DNA of 64,000 bases from Moniliella sp. 'wahieum' (Eukaryota): NCBI GenBank assembly GCA_003971905.1, contig RSEE01000116.1:62001-126000 (forward strand), in the 5' to 3' direction. The notes beneath the pieces were generated by a model. That model saw nothing but the letters and a program-made list of their open reading frames with translations, was not told the origin of the DNA and ran no database searches. How positions within the stretch are numbered: position 1 is the stretch's first letter; each line of letters begins with the position of its first letter. Made by a program: the position numbers and the translations under genes. Positions 37,227 to 51,713 of the stretch are shown in pieces.

Positions 37227-39088
37227 TTAGTGCAACGCCGTCTTGACGTCCAACTCCTCCCACGCCGGATCGTAGTTGCTGGTAAACACGAGCGGCAGCA
37301 GCAGGTAGCACACCAGCACCGCCACCGACCCGCCCAGCAAAGAGCGTGCCATGGTAATGTGCGTGGGCGTGGCAAACTTGTGCTGGCCCGTGCTGGGCGG
37401 CAGTGGTGGCCGGTCGCCCGGGTTGGTGGTGTTGGTGAGCCAGGGGTTGCGCTGGTTAAAGCCGTCGTAAAACAGACGCTGCAGCGACGAGTTGGCCGTG
37501 TACATGGCAAAGTCCATGTGGGTCGTGTTGGCGACGAAGTCGGCAGTGTGGTTGGCCGGCCATTGGCCCCCAAAGTCATTGGCCAGCGACTGGACAAAGT
37601 TGGCACCGCGGTCCAGATGGTTGGAGCCTTGCCACTGCGCCGCTGGCGCCGTGGTACCCGTACCAATGTCAAACAACGCCAATGCATACGACACGGTGCG
37701 GTTCCGGTACCGCTCCACCACTTCCAGTCCATTGTCGTGCATGGCATCCTTGCGTGCATACGAAGGCAGTTTGCTCGTGTTTTGGTGGATGCCGTACGGC
37801 CACGTGTCGTACGTTGCCTGGCTCGTCGTTGGTGTAGGGCCGTTTGGGCGAGAGCCAGCCCCAAGAACCTGGGTTGGCCACCCAATAGCGCACATTGCTA
37901 TCGTAGTACTTGGTCTTTTCAGCAGCGCGTACCTCTGTGCTCCCTGCCCGCCCAACGAGTGGCCCGCCACAACCACTTGGTTCAGGTTGGGGAAGGTGGA
38001 ATTGTCAAAGAGCGCGTCGAGGATGGCGTCGAGCGCCGAGTAGGCACTGATCTTGTGCTTCATCACGGGGTTGTGCGCCACAGCCCATTTGCCACAACGA
38101 CTTTTCAAAGCACAGCCAGCTGCTCAGACACGAACCGGCATTCATGTCGTCCATGTTGAGGAATGCAGGCGCAATGATGCCGACGGAATCGTTGGTGATG
38201 CCCCACTGGTTAAACGGAGGGAAGTTCTGGGTCGTGACGATGGTCCGGGCGTGTCCATGTAGGTGGCATACTTCCACACGTCGCGCGGCTTGCCTTGGAG
38301 CACAATGACAAACCGCTTGACCTTGGTCGGGTCGGTGTAGGACTGGTAAAAGGGCATGATGCCCGACTCGTTGTGGTACTTGTTCCACACCACCAAGCTG
38401 GTATTGGTGGTAAAGTTGGGCAGGTTGGGCAGCGTTTGCCAGCCCGTATCTTGGCTGCCGCCTACCTGGGCATTGACGGGGTTGGGCAGGTAGGCATTCC
38501 ACCAGTACTGGATGCCATCGTCCCGCACGCTTTGGCCAGGCACATTGGCCAAGTTGCCATGGGCGTCGTTTTTGACGCCGGGCAGGTTGTCGGCCAGCTG
38601 GGCCGCGGCCGCATACTTTTGGGCGGCAGCGTCGGCGAGGATGGGGGCCTGCTGGGCATCCGAGGGCGGGAAGCCGGCCAATTCGGGGTCGGTGGTGGCC
38701 GAGGGGAGGGGGCGGGGGGGGGGCGGGGGGGCGGGGGGGCGGAGGAGGAGGAGGAGGGGGGCAGGAGGTGGCGGGGACCAGGGGACGAGGACGGGGCCGG
38801 GGCCGGGGCCCAGGTGGACGAGGACGGGGCCGGGGGGCGGACCCAGGCGGAAGAAGAGGCCGGGGAGCTGCCGCTGCCGCCGTCGCCACCACTGCCGGAG
38901 CCGGAGCCCGAGTCAGAGCCCGAGTCGGAGCCTGAGCCCGAGTCGGAGCCGGAGCCAGCGGCCTGGCGCCTGGAGGCGGGAGGATGCGGAAGGAGCTGGG
39001 ATAACGAGCGTGGACCGAGGCGACGGCGAGGGTGGCCAGGGCGGTGAGCGCGAGCAGACGCGCAGGGCGCCGGCCGGCAGACACGCAT
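37227..39088 (-). CDS. Secreted or membrane-anchored alpha/beta-hydrolase-like protein, frameshifted; start uncertain
   Basis: Signal-like LLALTALATLAVASVHA, a GS-rich linker, FVIVLQGKPRDVWKY, IIAPAFLN, nucleophile elbow VVVAGHSLGGQ, YWVANPGS, THMDFAM and a C-terminal TM segment (LLGGSVAVLVCYLLLPLVF). Confidence 0.75.
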
Positions 39089-39903
39089 GGAGGTGGCGCT
39101 GGGGGGGGAAGCCGCTGGCGATGGCGCGCGGTGGGGTGGGTGCGGCCTGGGTCCACTTGCACATGCGCCGCCTGCGGTGCTGAGCGCTGCACTCAGGCTA
39201 AGCGCTAACCAACACGCCCACACGAGGGCTGCCGGGCGGGGGGCAGCTTGTGCACAGTGGCCTGCTGCTGCCTGCATCCGGTGGGCGCGGGGCCAGTGTG
39301 TGGGCCTGCCCTGGCGGCCGAACATCGCGGCGGCCGGGCAGGCACCACACCGCACCTGCCGCGCGGCACGCAGCGCACAGCCCCTGTGCGGGCCGGCCAC
39401 GCACCCGCCGACGCAGCCAAGACGGCACAGACGGCCGCCGCGGTCGATCCAGGCGGCAGACGCGGGGCGTGGTGCCTGCCGGGTGCGGGCACTGGGCGGC
39501 TGCGGAGTGGTGCGTCTTGGCCGGCGCAGGGGGGGTGCTTGGCATTGGCCTGGGCGCGTGCCTGGCGCAGTGTGTGCATTGCATAGTGCAGCCTGCATTG
39601 CATGTTGCATTGCATATTGCATGGCATCCGCCCCGCTGCCCCCCGCCCAGCTGTCGTCTTTCCCCGCCCCACCGGCCATCCGCAGTATGCCCCGCCCCAC
39701 GGCGCCTGTCGTCTGCCGCACATCACACGCCGCATGTCACCCATGTCACATGTGATGTGCAAATCCCCTTCCCGAGGCAGGCGCACCAACCCTACCTCTG
39801 CCACGTCATCGCTCCTTCTGGTGTGGGCGTGCATTCCGCCCCACGCGTTCCGCCGCAGGCCTGCTCGCTTCCCGCCGCCGCCGCTCGCTCCCCACCCCCA
39901 ACC

Positions 39904-40387
39904 ATGGCCGCCCTCCCGCCCGGCGCCACCGCCGCGCAGGAAAAGCTGGTCGAGCTGAGCCGCGAGTTCAAGAAACAGCAGGCTGGTGCGTGCTTTGCCC
40001 GGCGTGCGTCTGCCCCCCGCGCGCCCTCGACTGACCTTGATGCCTGACGCAGAGCTCGCGGTCCTCATCGATGCCCGCCAGCGGCTCGAGATGCAGGCCA
40101 CCGAGAACGAAGGCGTCGAGACCCAGCTGCGCGCCCTCGCCGAGCACGACGTGGTGTACAAGCGCCTGGGCCCGGCGCCGCCCACCCCGGCCGACGAGGC
40201 ACGCGACATGTGGCGAGCGCCTGGGCCTGATCCGCAGCGAGCTGGAACGCACCGAGGCAAGATCGCCGCCGGGGACAAGGCACTGGCCGCGCAGCAGACG
40301 GCGATTGCCACGGTGCAGCAGCAGGTGATTGCGGCGCTGACGGACGAGGGGAGGTGTTGCCCGCGGGGCGTAGGCGGCGGCGAGTGA
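39904..40387 (+). CDS. Prefoldin beta subunit 6 (Yke2/Gim1-like)
   Basis: ARQRLEMQATENEGV, VVYKRLGP and ERLGLIRSELERTE. Intron 39986-40052. Frameshifts near 40210 and 40255. Confidence 0.82.
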
Positions 40388-40782
40388 TGCTATGAGGATG
40401 CAGACGCGTGTGCGTATGCGTGTGTTTGGCTGGCTGGAAAAGGTAGGCATGGGGGACGGGAGATAGAGGGTGGTGAGCATGGGCATGGGCAGGACATGGG
40501 CATGGGAATGGACATGGCGATGGCGATGACGATGGACACGGACATGCCCATGGAATGGCGCCCTTAGTATGGCAGACGACAGGCAGTGGTTTGGGCTGCG
40601 CTGTGCTCTGGGCCGCTCGGCCCGGAGCAGGGCAGTGTGCTGGGGGCGGCACGGGGCCAGTGTGGCGGCTGGACAATGTGGCGCGCATCAGCCTCTGCGC
40701 GCATTCGCATTCACCCCGCCAGCCAGCAGCCCTGCGCGCCACCACCACCACCACCACCACCACCACCACCACCACCATAACC

Positions 40783-43700
40783 ATGCCTGCTGGCGCTCCC
40801 GGTGCCGCCTGGACCCCCTCGGCGCAGGCGGCGTGCGCGGCGTCGGCGTGCTCGCCTACGCGCCTGGCCCCGACGCCCCGCCCACGCCGCCCTGCAGGTC
40901 GGCGACGAGGTGTACGCCATCGAGTCCCACCCGGCCGGCTGGCTGCGCGCCTTTGTCGCCCTGCCCCCCGCCGCCACCGCCACCGCCGCCTCACGCCCCG
41001 CCCCAGTCGTCCTCGGCGTCCTGCCGGCCTCCACGTCCACCTCCGCCCGGCCTCCGCCCCCGCCGCCCCGCGCGCCCACGCCGTCGCTCCCGCTCGCGCT
41101 GCCCCTGCCCACGCTCGGCGCCTCCGACGCGACAGCCGCCAGGAGCCCCTGGTCGACGAGATCGCGGCCCGCGTGCGCGATGGCGCTCCTTCTCTACGCC
41201 TACATGGACGCCCGCGAGTACTCCCTCTTCACCACCGTCAACACCCACATCACTGCACTCCTTCATATCCGCCGCCAGCTGCTCGCCCACACCCTCGCTC
41301 CCCACGAGCTCGCTCCTCGCGCCGCACCGCTGTCTGGCGTCTGGTGCGTGCCAACATGGCCCAAGCACTCGATGTGATTGCGCGCCATCCGGCCACCGGC
41401 CAGCTCATTGATGTTGCCCGGCAAGCACAGCCGCCCCCGCCCCCGCGCCTCTTGGCCCGTTCTCCCCATTCGGCTGGTAGCATTGCTTCTCCAGCCGCCG
41501 AGCCGGACGCTGCCTCGGTCGCTGCTGCTGCCGTGCCCTCTTACATCTCTGGCGTCCGACTCTTCTCGCTCAAGCCGCCCTTGCCTATGCCGATCAAGAC
41601 GAGGCTGGCGCGGCCGAATCGGTGGAACTGCTCGAAGCCTCCGCCCTCCTCCTGGTGGCGGCGGTGCCTTTGGCTCTGCCCCGCAGGGCACGCCTGGATA
41701 TGCATCCGCACTTAGCCCCTGGACCAGCCCGCCGACGACGGCAGCTTCGGCGGCTGCGTCCACCACGCTTCCTCCCCTCCCGTTCCATCTCCATGGCCGC
41801 TGGACGAGGTATGGGAAGCCATCGAAACTCACTCGTCCCCGTTTCTCGTCCCTCTGGCCTGCTCCCTTCGAGCTCGGCACCCACAGCCTCTACGCCCAGC
41901 AGCACGGGCCCCCTAGCCGGCGGCTCCGTCTCGGTGGTGCAGCGAACCCAGCGACGGCGGGTGCTGCGTCGGATTCAGGATCCGCCTCCTCGGCCCAGGC
42001 GCAGTATTTCCATGTTTACATGGACGTTCGCACTTTTCGGCCTCGCTTGCGGCCCCCGGCGAACTGGTCGAGCTGTACTTTAGTTGTACAACCGCGCCGA
42101 GGCACCTTTTTGACGGAGGAATACGTCATCATCCTCGACCACACTGGCGTGCCTCTAACGTCGCCTCTGACGGCAAACGACTCAGTTCACCACGACGGCG
42201 GCCATGCGCCCCCGCCGAGTCTGGCCCCGGGTGGGTCGGGCGGTGGGATGAAGGTTCTGTTTACCGATCTCAGTCCCAACGATCTGTCGGATCTCAACTT
42301 GGTCTGTCGCATCGTTCGCTGTGGTGCTCTGCGCAACTCGCCCGGAGACGTCCGCACGCCTCTCACTGGTGCGTCATCGACACATCGTCCCCCCACTCGC
42401 ACCATTCCTTGTTGGGCGGGACGTCGGGCGAAGCTTCTGCCCACCCTACCGTGGCAGAACAGCGTGCCCGCTTGACCACATGACTGCACCCAACGTCTTC
42501 CGTCGGCCCTTTGGTGCTGCAGTGCTCGAGTTGGGTCCTACCATCAATTCTCTCTCGACGCTAGCACCTCGTCCCCCTTGCGGGACCATACCATGCCGAT
42601 CTTGTGCCCCGCGCACGAGTCGGGCTTTGCCCACTTGCACAAGGACATCATCGCTTCTCGCACCAAGTTGCTCGAGAGCTCCTCGCGCGCCGACAATGTG
42701 CAAGTCCAGATCAAAGTCCTGTATGGGGACGTGCCCTCTCTCGTCCGCTCTCACTCGGCCCTCCTGGCGGATGCGACCCGTGCTGCGCGTCTGGGCTTCC
42801 CTGACGTCGTCTTCCCGGGCGACCAGCGCAACGAAGCGTACCTTACGCTCTGTGCGGGCGAGTTTGCCGCTGCGTTGAGCGCCTCGGGCGGCATGACTTC
42901 GCTTCCTACGCGCAACATTCAGGTCTCGTGGAAGTGCGGGACCGGGTAGGAAAGCGGATTGAGGGTGCCATCTCTCGCGGCGCAGGCGCACCCGCCGTCT
43001 CGATCTACGATTCGCTCGTGCTCCCTTCCAATGGCGCTCCCGTCTGGGACGAGCTGGTCAAGCTGGACTTGCCCGACGACCGTATGGAGCAGTGCCATCT
43101 ATTCTTTACCGTGCGCAACCGGTCGCCTGGCCATGAGAGAGCAAGGAGGAGGACGCAATTGCGTATGGGTTCCTTCCGCTCTTTGAAAAGTCCAAAGCGT
43201 TCATTGCCGATGGCGCACCATCTCACCCTCTTCCGTTCTACCCGGCACGGCGCCTCGCTCAGCCCCGAACTCTACTTCCACGTCACGCCAGTCTTGCCAC
43301 CTGCGCTCCTGCCCCCGGGTACGGCTCCCGTCGGCGCGGCTGGACCCACCTCGGCGCCAGCGACCACAGACCTCGTCCGCCGCACATCCAATCCGTCCTT
43401 GTGCCCCTCGCTGCCGCCGGGCCCCACCCTCGCTCCCACCCGTCCGAGACGGAAGCCGGGGTGGTGGTGGGCGACCGCGACACGCTCGTGGTCAAAACGT
43501 TCCTTGTCTCCACACGCTACACGCAAAACGAGTGGGTGCTCAAGCTGATTCATTGGAACACGGAGCTGGACAATACCCAAGTCGAAGCACAGCTGCGGCA
43601 AGTGTTGCCCAATTTGCGTTTGTGGGCGAAGTGGAATTGTCAAGTTTTTACGAGACATTTTCGATGCGTTGTTTGCCATCCTTGTGTCCTCGTTGAACGT

Positions 43701-46700
43701 CGGCGGTGGCTTTGATCCCATCCTGTTTAATGCGCTGGTTACCGTGCTGGGTATCGTACAGGACCGAAGGGTACGTTCTTGCATTGTTGACCTTACTGTT
43801 TGCCATTCGCTCCCCCCCCCCCCCGCCGCCATCGCGCGGATGAGACGGTACTGATTTCTGTTCTTTTTTTGGTTTTTTGCCCACAGTTTATGAACTTTCG
43901 TGCTACGCTCGACGTGTATGTCGAACAGCACTTCCGCTTCACCAACGTGCATGTGCGCCTTATTAGCTCGCTGCTCGCTTGCTCCATGACCCTGGGCAAG
44001 CCGCCACGTCAAAGGACTTGCGGGCGTCAATCAAGGTGTGGCCCTACCTGTTCCGGTTCATTGTCCAGTCGCGTGAGAACCAAAAAGTGTCCGCCTCCTG
44101 TCAGATTGGCGCTGGCGCCGTCAACGAACACCTCGAGGCCAACTTTAAGCACGACCTCCGCCAGGTGCTCACCGGCATCAACCGTCTCATGTCGACGACC
44201 AAGCCGACGGCCATTATTGGTACCCAGACATTAGCCTTGCAACACTTTGCTGGCTCGTACCCTGATCTCCTCCGCGTTTTACCCTTGACGAGATGGTCCA
44301 GATCGCCACGTCGTTCACCGACGCAGCGTTCATAACCAAGGGCAAGATGGCGATCTGGAAGCTGCTCCACATTCTCCAGTTGGTCTCTGGGGTGCTCTTT
44401 GACCACCCCGTCTCACGAGCCGCGTTGATCCCCTCTGTCGTACGTGGATTCCCCTCATTTGGGCACGTTTGAGCCCCCTCCACCGGGCGGGCCTGAGACG
44501 GAGCAGACCCAGGCGGCTTGCGACGGTGCGCGCGTGATTTGGCTCGAATCCGCCACACTCGCCGTCAGCGTCTTGGCTGTCATCTCGACCGTCTTCATGT
44601 CCAGATCGCATCTCTGCGCGCCGAGCCTTCCGAGTCGGCGCACAGCCACTTGCCTTCGGCACCTACCTCGGCTTCGGCCGTGGCAGAGTTACGGCAGGAA
44701 CTGGATAACATTGATTACCTCTTGTCGTCGTTACCGCCGTTACTGCAGACGTACCAGGAGTTGGCTTCACCCGACACGGCACGCACGTTTGAGCGGCACC
44801 GAACGCCGAGCACCGTACCTTCCTCCACGCCGATCATCTTCCTTCTTCCTACCCCTTTGCCCTGGTGGCCCGCCTGCCCATCGTGCAGCACGTCCCTTCG
44901 GCCGCACGCGCCGCGCACCGCCACCGCTCCACCTCCATCGCCTCGGCGCGCGACATGCGCGACGAGCTGGCGCCTGCCCAGCCCTACCTCAATTGCGGCT
45001 TGGGCTCCATGGCAGCCGTGATGAACGTGCTGTTGGTCCTGAGCCCAACGCGGCACATTGCCCAGTTCTTGGAAGAACAGTGGACGTCTCGGGCGCCGGC
45101 AGTAACGATGCTGATCAAAGAGTACTGTGCGGTAGCCCACTCGTTGCTGTCGCACCAGGCTTCCCTTCCACGTGGCTCAACGTGACCATCTTGACGCACC
45201 AGATGGTGTTGAAGATGCTTGGCCCGCTGTCGGAACTGTTGTTGGATCGGTTTGTGCCCTTGCCACCGCACGGAAAGCCTGAGGAGTTTGATGCGTCGCT
45301 CTGGTCGGCGGTGCTTTCGCTGCTGATGAAACTGTTGGCGTCGCCGTTGTTGGCCCGGAACGGTTCGCACCCCAGCGACGCCGCGTCATCATCCAGTTGG
45401 CAGGCGACCTGCGCACAAGGTGGGGCTCTCCTGTTCCGTCTGTGGAATGCGCTGGCTGCTTCGCCGTCCCCGCCGACGCTCGGGTCGGGATCAGCTTTGC
45501 GCGACGCTGCCCACCTTCGCGCACGCAGGACGAAACGTGGCAACGGGCGGATTCCAAGTGCAGTTCATTCCTTCCCTCGTCGAGCCCGTGGTGGAACTGT
45601 GCTTGTCGGCGCACGACGCGTTACGGACGTGCGCGGTGCGCATCTTGGCCACCATGATCACGTCCCAATGGCACTTTGAAGGGTCGTTCAGTGTGATTGT
45701 GGACCCCGTGATCGACAAGCTGGATGCCGTGTTCATGTCGGCTTCGGCGCCGCCGCTGGCGGAAGAAGAGGATGCGACGGACCTCGTGCCGTTCCTCGCG
45801 GAACTGCGCACGCTGTTTGATGGCGGCGAGGTGGATCCGGCGTTGCGCCAAGCAGTGCAGGAATCGCTCACGTCCGTGACCCAGTTTGTTGCGCTGATGG
45901 TTGCCGTGCGTGCTGTGCCGCCCGGCCCGGGGTTCGAGGACGAGCACATTGCGCCATGTTCAACTTGCTTGGCTTTTTGGAGCGGGCCAAGCGCCCTGCG
46001 GCCTTTGCCACGCACGTGCTCCACCTCGTCAACCTCCATCTCGCGCGCCAGTCCTGGACCGAGGCGGCGCTGACGCTCAAGCTGTATGCGGACCAATTGG
46101 AATGGTCGCCGAGCGTGCCCGTTGCCGCTGCGCCCGAGCTGGGGCTGCCGGCGCAGACCAGCTTTGCACGCAAAGAGACGCTGTGCTCTCATTCTCGACT
46201 ACCTCAACCGTGCCCAGGCATGGGAAATCGCCACGGACATTTGTCGCGAGCTGGCGGCGCAGTACGAGTACACATCGATCAACTATGCACGTCTGTCGGG
46301 TCTGCTGGTGTACCAAGCCGGTCTGTTCACCCGCATCGCCACGGCCGAACGCTCGTTCCCATCGTACTTTTTGGTGGGCTACGTGGGTGCCTCGTGGCCC
46401 ATGTCGCTCCGCGGCCAGTTCTTCGTGTACCGCGGCGGCACGGGAGCGGGCGCATGGGACACCCTGCCCTCCTTTAGCGAGGCCATGCAACAGGCCCATC
46501 CGCGCGTACTGTGGTGCGCACCGCCGATCCTTTTGCCCCCGTGCGTACGAGCGACGAGCGGACGCTGCTCATCACCACGCTCGAACCCGAACCGGATCGG
46601 TCCCAGCCCATGTTTACCTCGGCCGAGGCACCGGCGCTGGCGCGTGCCTACCGCGAACATTCCGCTACCGACACGTTCTCCTTTACCCCGTCCCCTGCGT

Positions 46701-48102
46701 TCTCCCCGCCCGGCCGACCCGCAGGCCAGCTCCGACTCGGAGGGCGGCGCGACGCCCAAGGTTCGCCCGGGGCTCGACGCGACGGAAACGTGGATGGAAA
46801 AGACGTTTGTGCGGTGCGAGGATGCGTTGCCCACGGTGCTGCGTCGCTCCTTGGTGGAGCATACCGAGACGATTGTCATTTCTCCGCTGGAGAATGCGCT
46901 GGGCGACATGACGCGCAAGACGACCGAGTTGGAGACCTTGGTCAACAAGTACGAAACCAAACCGTTGCCAAGCCCACGACCAACCGATTGGCCATGGAAC
47001 TCAATGCAGCCGTCGATGCGCCTGTCAATGGTGGTATTCCGTACGTGTGCTACTGCCCCCCCCCCCTTCTTCTCGCTTGCGAGGCGTGTTCCTGCTTGGA
47101 CGCGAGTACTGACCCACCCGCAGAATGTACAAGCGCACGTTCTTCTCCGCCGACTATATCGCTGCGAATCCAGACAAGGCGCTTCAGCTCCAAGCGCTGC
47201 ACGAGGCGATTGACCGCCAAGCCATGGTTCTGTATCGCGGCATCCGTATCCACTCGGTGCTCTGTCCGCCCGAGATGCGTCCGTTCCACCAACGCTCGAA
47301 CGCTTCTTCCGCCAAAACTTTGCTGAGGAGTTGACACGCCTTGGCCTGGACCTGGACTTGGCCCCGCTCAGCCTATCCGCACTGGGCACCAACGCGTCCG
47401 ATTCGACGGGCTCGCTACCGAGCGCACGTGCGCGCAACCTGCACGGTCGCGACGGCGACTTGCCACTGGCGACGCGCGCGCTGGGATCGACGCCATCGCC
47501 ACTACAAGTGCACACGGACCATTTGCTTCGCGACATTCAGTACCGTGGTGGTGTGATTTTCTCTGCCGTGCCCGCCATGGACTCTACCACGCTTGTCCCC
47601 AGCACAGTGGATGACGCGACGACCATGGGCAGTTCCACCCAACTGCTCGAATCCTCTGCGCCCACCACAGTGTCCGCCTCGGTGCCCAGCTCGAGCCAAC
47701 GTGCTGGCCCACGCACCACGCGCGGCGCCACGTTTGGCTCGTCGATCGTGTCCGTGTCGGCCAAAGGCGCGGCGGCACCAAACAGTTCCCACCAACGTGC
47801 CGCGTCGATGCGTGCTCGGCCCGGCCCAGCGCGCTGGTTCAACCCACACCACGGGTACCGGCACCAGTTTCGATGCGCTCTCTGCGGGCGGGAGCACGAT
47901 TGAAGAAGCACCGTCTCCGCCGGCGTCGGGGCGGGGTGGCACTGGCGAAAATGGGTACGCAGTCGCCCCGGGCGACGGGGCAGGGGGAAACGCGTACGGG
48001 TACCCGGCACCGGTCCGACCGCCTCCCGCGGCCTCGTCCAAGTTGTGGGCAGGGCCGTCGAATCGGTTGTCGAAGCTGATGATGGGCCGGGCCAAGAAAT
48101 GA
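40783..48102 (+). CDS. DOCK-family Rac/Cdc42 GEF (Dck1-like: SH3, C2/DHR-1, DHR-2), multiply frameshifted
   Basis: SH3 LQVGDEVYAIE..GWLR, FRRPFGAAVLEL, RLGFPDVVFPGDQRNEAYLTL, VSTRYTQN, WTEAALTLKLYAD, ISPLENAL and ELNAAVDAPVNGGI. Introns 43771-43886 and 47041-47123. Confidence 0.9.
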
Positions 48103-49781
48103 GGACGGATTTCGTGCCCATGTTTCCCACGCGGCGCGTGATGCCTGGTACGTCGCTTGTGCCCTCTTGTTGGTGCTGGGCATGGCCGTCGGTGTCCATC
48201 CCATCCCACCCAGCGCATGTGGCAGAGAGCGAAGAAGATGTGCGAGACGTTCCCGGTGCCCGTTGCTTTGCTTTGCTCTGCTGTGCTCGTCTCTGCCTGC
48301 TCTGCTCTCTGCTCTCTGTTTCCCCTCGCCCTCCTCTCCGTTCCTCCCGCCTCGCCTCTGTATCCTCCCTTGGCTCTGTTTCGCTCCTTTTTCCCAACCC
48401 ATCTTTCCTTGGCTTCTTCCCTTTTCCCCTGGCATACCCTTCCTTTTTCCCCTGCCCCCCCTGTGCCCCTGCAATCCGATCGATCGTCTGGGGCCTCAGC
48501 CAAGCGTCTGAGCGGGTGCACAGAGGGCGTGTGGGGACGCCAAGTGGGTAGTAGACGCGACAATAACGCGTAAGGAGCAGTAGATCGGATTCCTTGCCCG
48601 CCAGACGTAGCTGACCGATGCAGGCCCAGGGCGGCGCACACCAGGATGGGATAGGATGGCCAGGAAGGGCAGGATGGACAGGAGGCGAAGATCCCAACCC
48701 GTCCTCGCCTATCTCGCCTCTCGCAGCGGATGGGTCGATGTGCGCGCCATAGGCTACGCCTGCTACAGCACCTGCGCCGCCGCGCGCCCATCCGGCTCGG
48801 TGCACTTCTCTATCCTGCTCTCGTGCCGGCCAGTCGCCACGCCATCGACACCATCCGCGACGAATGCGAATCACATGGATCCCCACATCTTGATCATAGC
48901 TCTCCACTGTACAATTCCAAGTCGTTCCCCTCACCGGCGCCATCAGCGCACCAGCCCCGGCGGAGCGGAGGCTACAGCGTCCCCTCTCGTCTCATCCACG
49001 GGTCGCGGCACAACGCTCCTGCCGCAGTCCCGATGATTGTAACGCCGCCGACGGCCATGACCACGACAAGGAGGAGGAAGCTGCTGCCCCTGGCGTTCCT
49101 CGACACAGCGGCCGCCTACATTTCTACCAGCCAGTCCCGCGAGTCCGTTGGTTTTTTTCCCCTTCGCACGTTGGCCTACGCTGCACGGCTGACCTACCTG
49201 TTCCTCCTTGGTTCCTAGGACTGTGCTTCTTTGTGCCAAGAAGCACTCTCGTTTCGATTGCCTCTTCCCCGGCAAGCACAGAGATCGGGCAAGCCTTGAA
49301 CGGCTAGGCAGGATCCCAGCAACGCTGCCTACAACGTTTCCATCCCGTCACCCCCCTCTCACCGTTTCTGTCGCCCTGCGCTGGCCACGCCAAGCGCCAC
49401 TCTGGCTTTCTCCCCGATCGCTCGAACCCATCCGGGATGTAGATCCTGCTAGTGGGCCAGCGGGGTTGGTATTGTCAGTACGCCGGCAAGGCGCGAATGC
49501 AAGCTTTGCATTTTTAGATAGAGGGCCGTCGGCCCAAGTTGCCAACCACGTCCCAGCCTTTCTCTAGCACATCCGCCACTGCATCCACCGCCACCAGGGA
49601 GGCTGCCAAACCGTGGTGGCGCACATAGGCGCCTGCGCCTTGGAGACGGTGGCCAGCCGAGGCGGCGGCTAGGTAGGTGGTGTGGGCGAGGGAGAGGGAC
49701 TGGTCTCTCCATCGCGTTGTGGGCGGGGATGTCCACCAAGGTTGGCTTGCCAGACGGTGGCCGGCATACGACCCCCAGACG

Positions 49782-51305
49782 TCAGTTGCGATCCAGGTGC
49801 GTCCCGGTGGGGTGGGGTGCGGGCGGCACCAGGCTACTTTCCCTCGACGGGTCGGGCGTGGTGGGACGCACGAGCGGGTCCGTGCCGCCAACGGGCAGAG
49901 TGAGCGCGCGAGCGTCAGCGACGAGGAAACTGTACCAGATGAGCGTGATGGGGATGGTGGCGCCATGCCAGAGAGCGTGCGCATCCAACACACGCCACAG
50001 CGCGGGAAAGTCCAGCAGTTCGAGCGAGCTGGCAGCGACCATGGCCACGGCCAGGAGGTAGAGCGTGCGTCTGCGGCGCGGCAGCGGCGTTGTCTCTGGT
50101 TGGCTCGGCCAAGAGGCGGGGAAAGCGGACTTGGCCGAGGCCGAGGAGTCGCAGGGGGGAGCGACGCCTGTCGGGTGAGCCCGCGGACCGTCGTCCGGCT
50201 CAAAGGCAGAGGTGTGGCCGTGGACAGGGCGGAGACCCATCTCAAACTGCTGCGGTTCCTCGTGCAGAGGCACGCTGGAGGGAAGCGGGAGATGCGCACG
50301 GCCGGCTTCCCACCCGCCCGGGTAGAGCGAGGGGCGAATGGCGTAGGCCAACAGCGCCAAGATCTGCGCCAGGGCCACCACAACATTGGCCGTCATGTTT
50401 GTACTGGTAGTCGAACCGGCCCAAGGAGAGGTAAGAGACGTGCAGGATGTAGGCAGCACGCACACGAGGGCCAGTTGGTAGTACTCCGTTGCGGTCGGCC
50501 GTCGACCGTGTCGGTGGCGGGGGAGGAGGTGGCGGGGCGGGCGGACCAGCGCAAGAGGCGCACGATGGTGAAAGAAGAGGTGCAGGACGGCGGCGCCGGC
50601 CGAGAAGTAGTCCATCTTCTCGGTCCAGGCCTTGTCGCGCGTGTGGAAGACGGCGGACCAGGTCCAGGCATTGAGGTTGACCAGCGCGTGGCCGAGGTGA
50701 GGGCTTGAGCGGGAAGGCGTCGGGGACCTCGGTCCAGACGCGCTGCAGCCGTACAGGTGGACGGCCCAGTTGCCCAGGCTAAACAGGACGCTCATCGGCT
50801 CTTGGGCGCCGGCGAGACGGACAAAGACCCTTGCCGTGGTACTGCACCATCTCCTTCTGGATCAACGGCAGGCCGGCCAAGGAGGCAGTCACCAGCTCGT
50901 CCTCTCTGCTGCGTGCGGCGGGGTCGGCCGGGCGGCGGCCGGGCGGCACAGCGCCGGCGCCGCCGAGGAGGGCGAGCCGATGCGGACCTGGGCGCGGATG
51001 TTGGCGACGCGGCTCTCGGCCTCGTTGGTGATCTGGTGCATGCAGTGGTACTCGAGTCCTCCTCGCTCGCATGTCCACCCGGTCAGGCGGAGGAAGAAGG
51101 GGAGCGGCGGGGGTGTTTGGCGAAGCGGCCGGTGCGGCCATCGTCAACGCCGTCGGGGCCACAGACGTCGGCGATGCGGGAGGCGACGCAGCGCTGGAAC
51201 TCGTCGGAGCGGTCGCCGAGGGAGGCGAGGCGGAGGCGGCGCAGAAGAGGAGGGCGAGGAGGAAGAGGAGGGGCGGGCGGCGGAACGCAGCGTGGTCGGG
51301 GCCAT
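49782..51305 (-). CDS. PER1: GPI lipid-remodelling protein Per1/PGAP3 (CREST superfamily)
   Basis: ASLGDRSDEFQRCV, YHCMH, MVQYHGK, QEPMSVLFSLGN, NAWTWSAVFHTRD..TEKMDYFSA and LELLDFP..LDAHALWH. Several frameshifts. Confidence 0.92.
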
Positions 51306-51713
51306 GGCGGGGGCGCCGGGCGGAGGCGGAGGCGGGGCGGGGGCGGAGCGCTGGCGACGGCGGACACGGCGATGGCGGTGGCGCTGGCGATGGCGGGAGC
51401 GGGCGGGAGCGGGCGGGAGCCAGCGGGAGCAGCCGGAGTCTCCACGTCACTCGTCACTTGTCACTTGCAATCGCCCGTGGATCTTCTGGGGCTGTCGAGA
51501 GTTCCATTTGACGACGGATGGTAATCCGAATGACGCAAGCGGCCAAGTGCCGGCTGAGATCAGGCGAGATAGTCTAGTCGGCCGACGGTCCCTGCCGACC
51601 GGGGTTGATAAACGAGTCTCCGCCTCCGCCTCCCTCCATCTCCGCCTCCATCTCCTCTCCGCCTCCATCTCCATCTCCATCTCCTTCTCCCCCATCCCCC
51701 CACCCCATCCCCC

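Noticed and set aside
48656..49567. Short ORFs between the DOCK and PER1 3' ends
   Set aside because: No motifs, inconsistent frames and no convincing splice structure.
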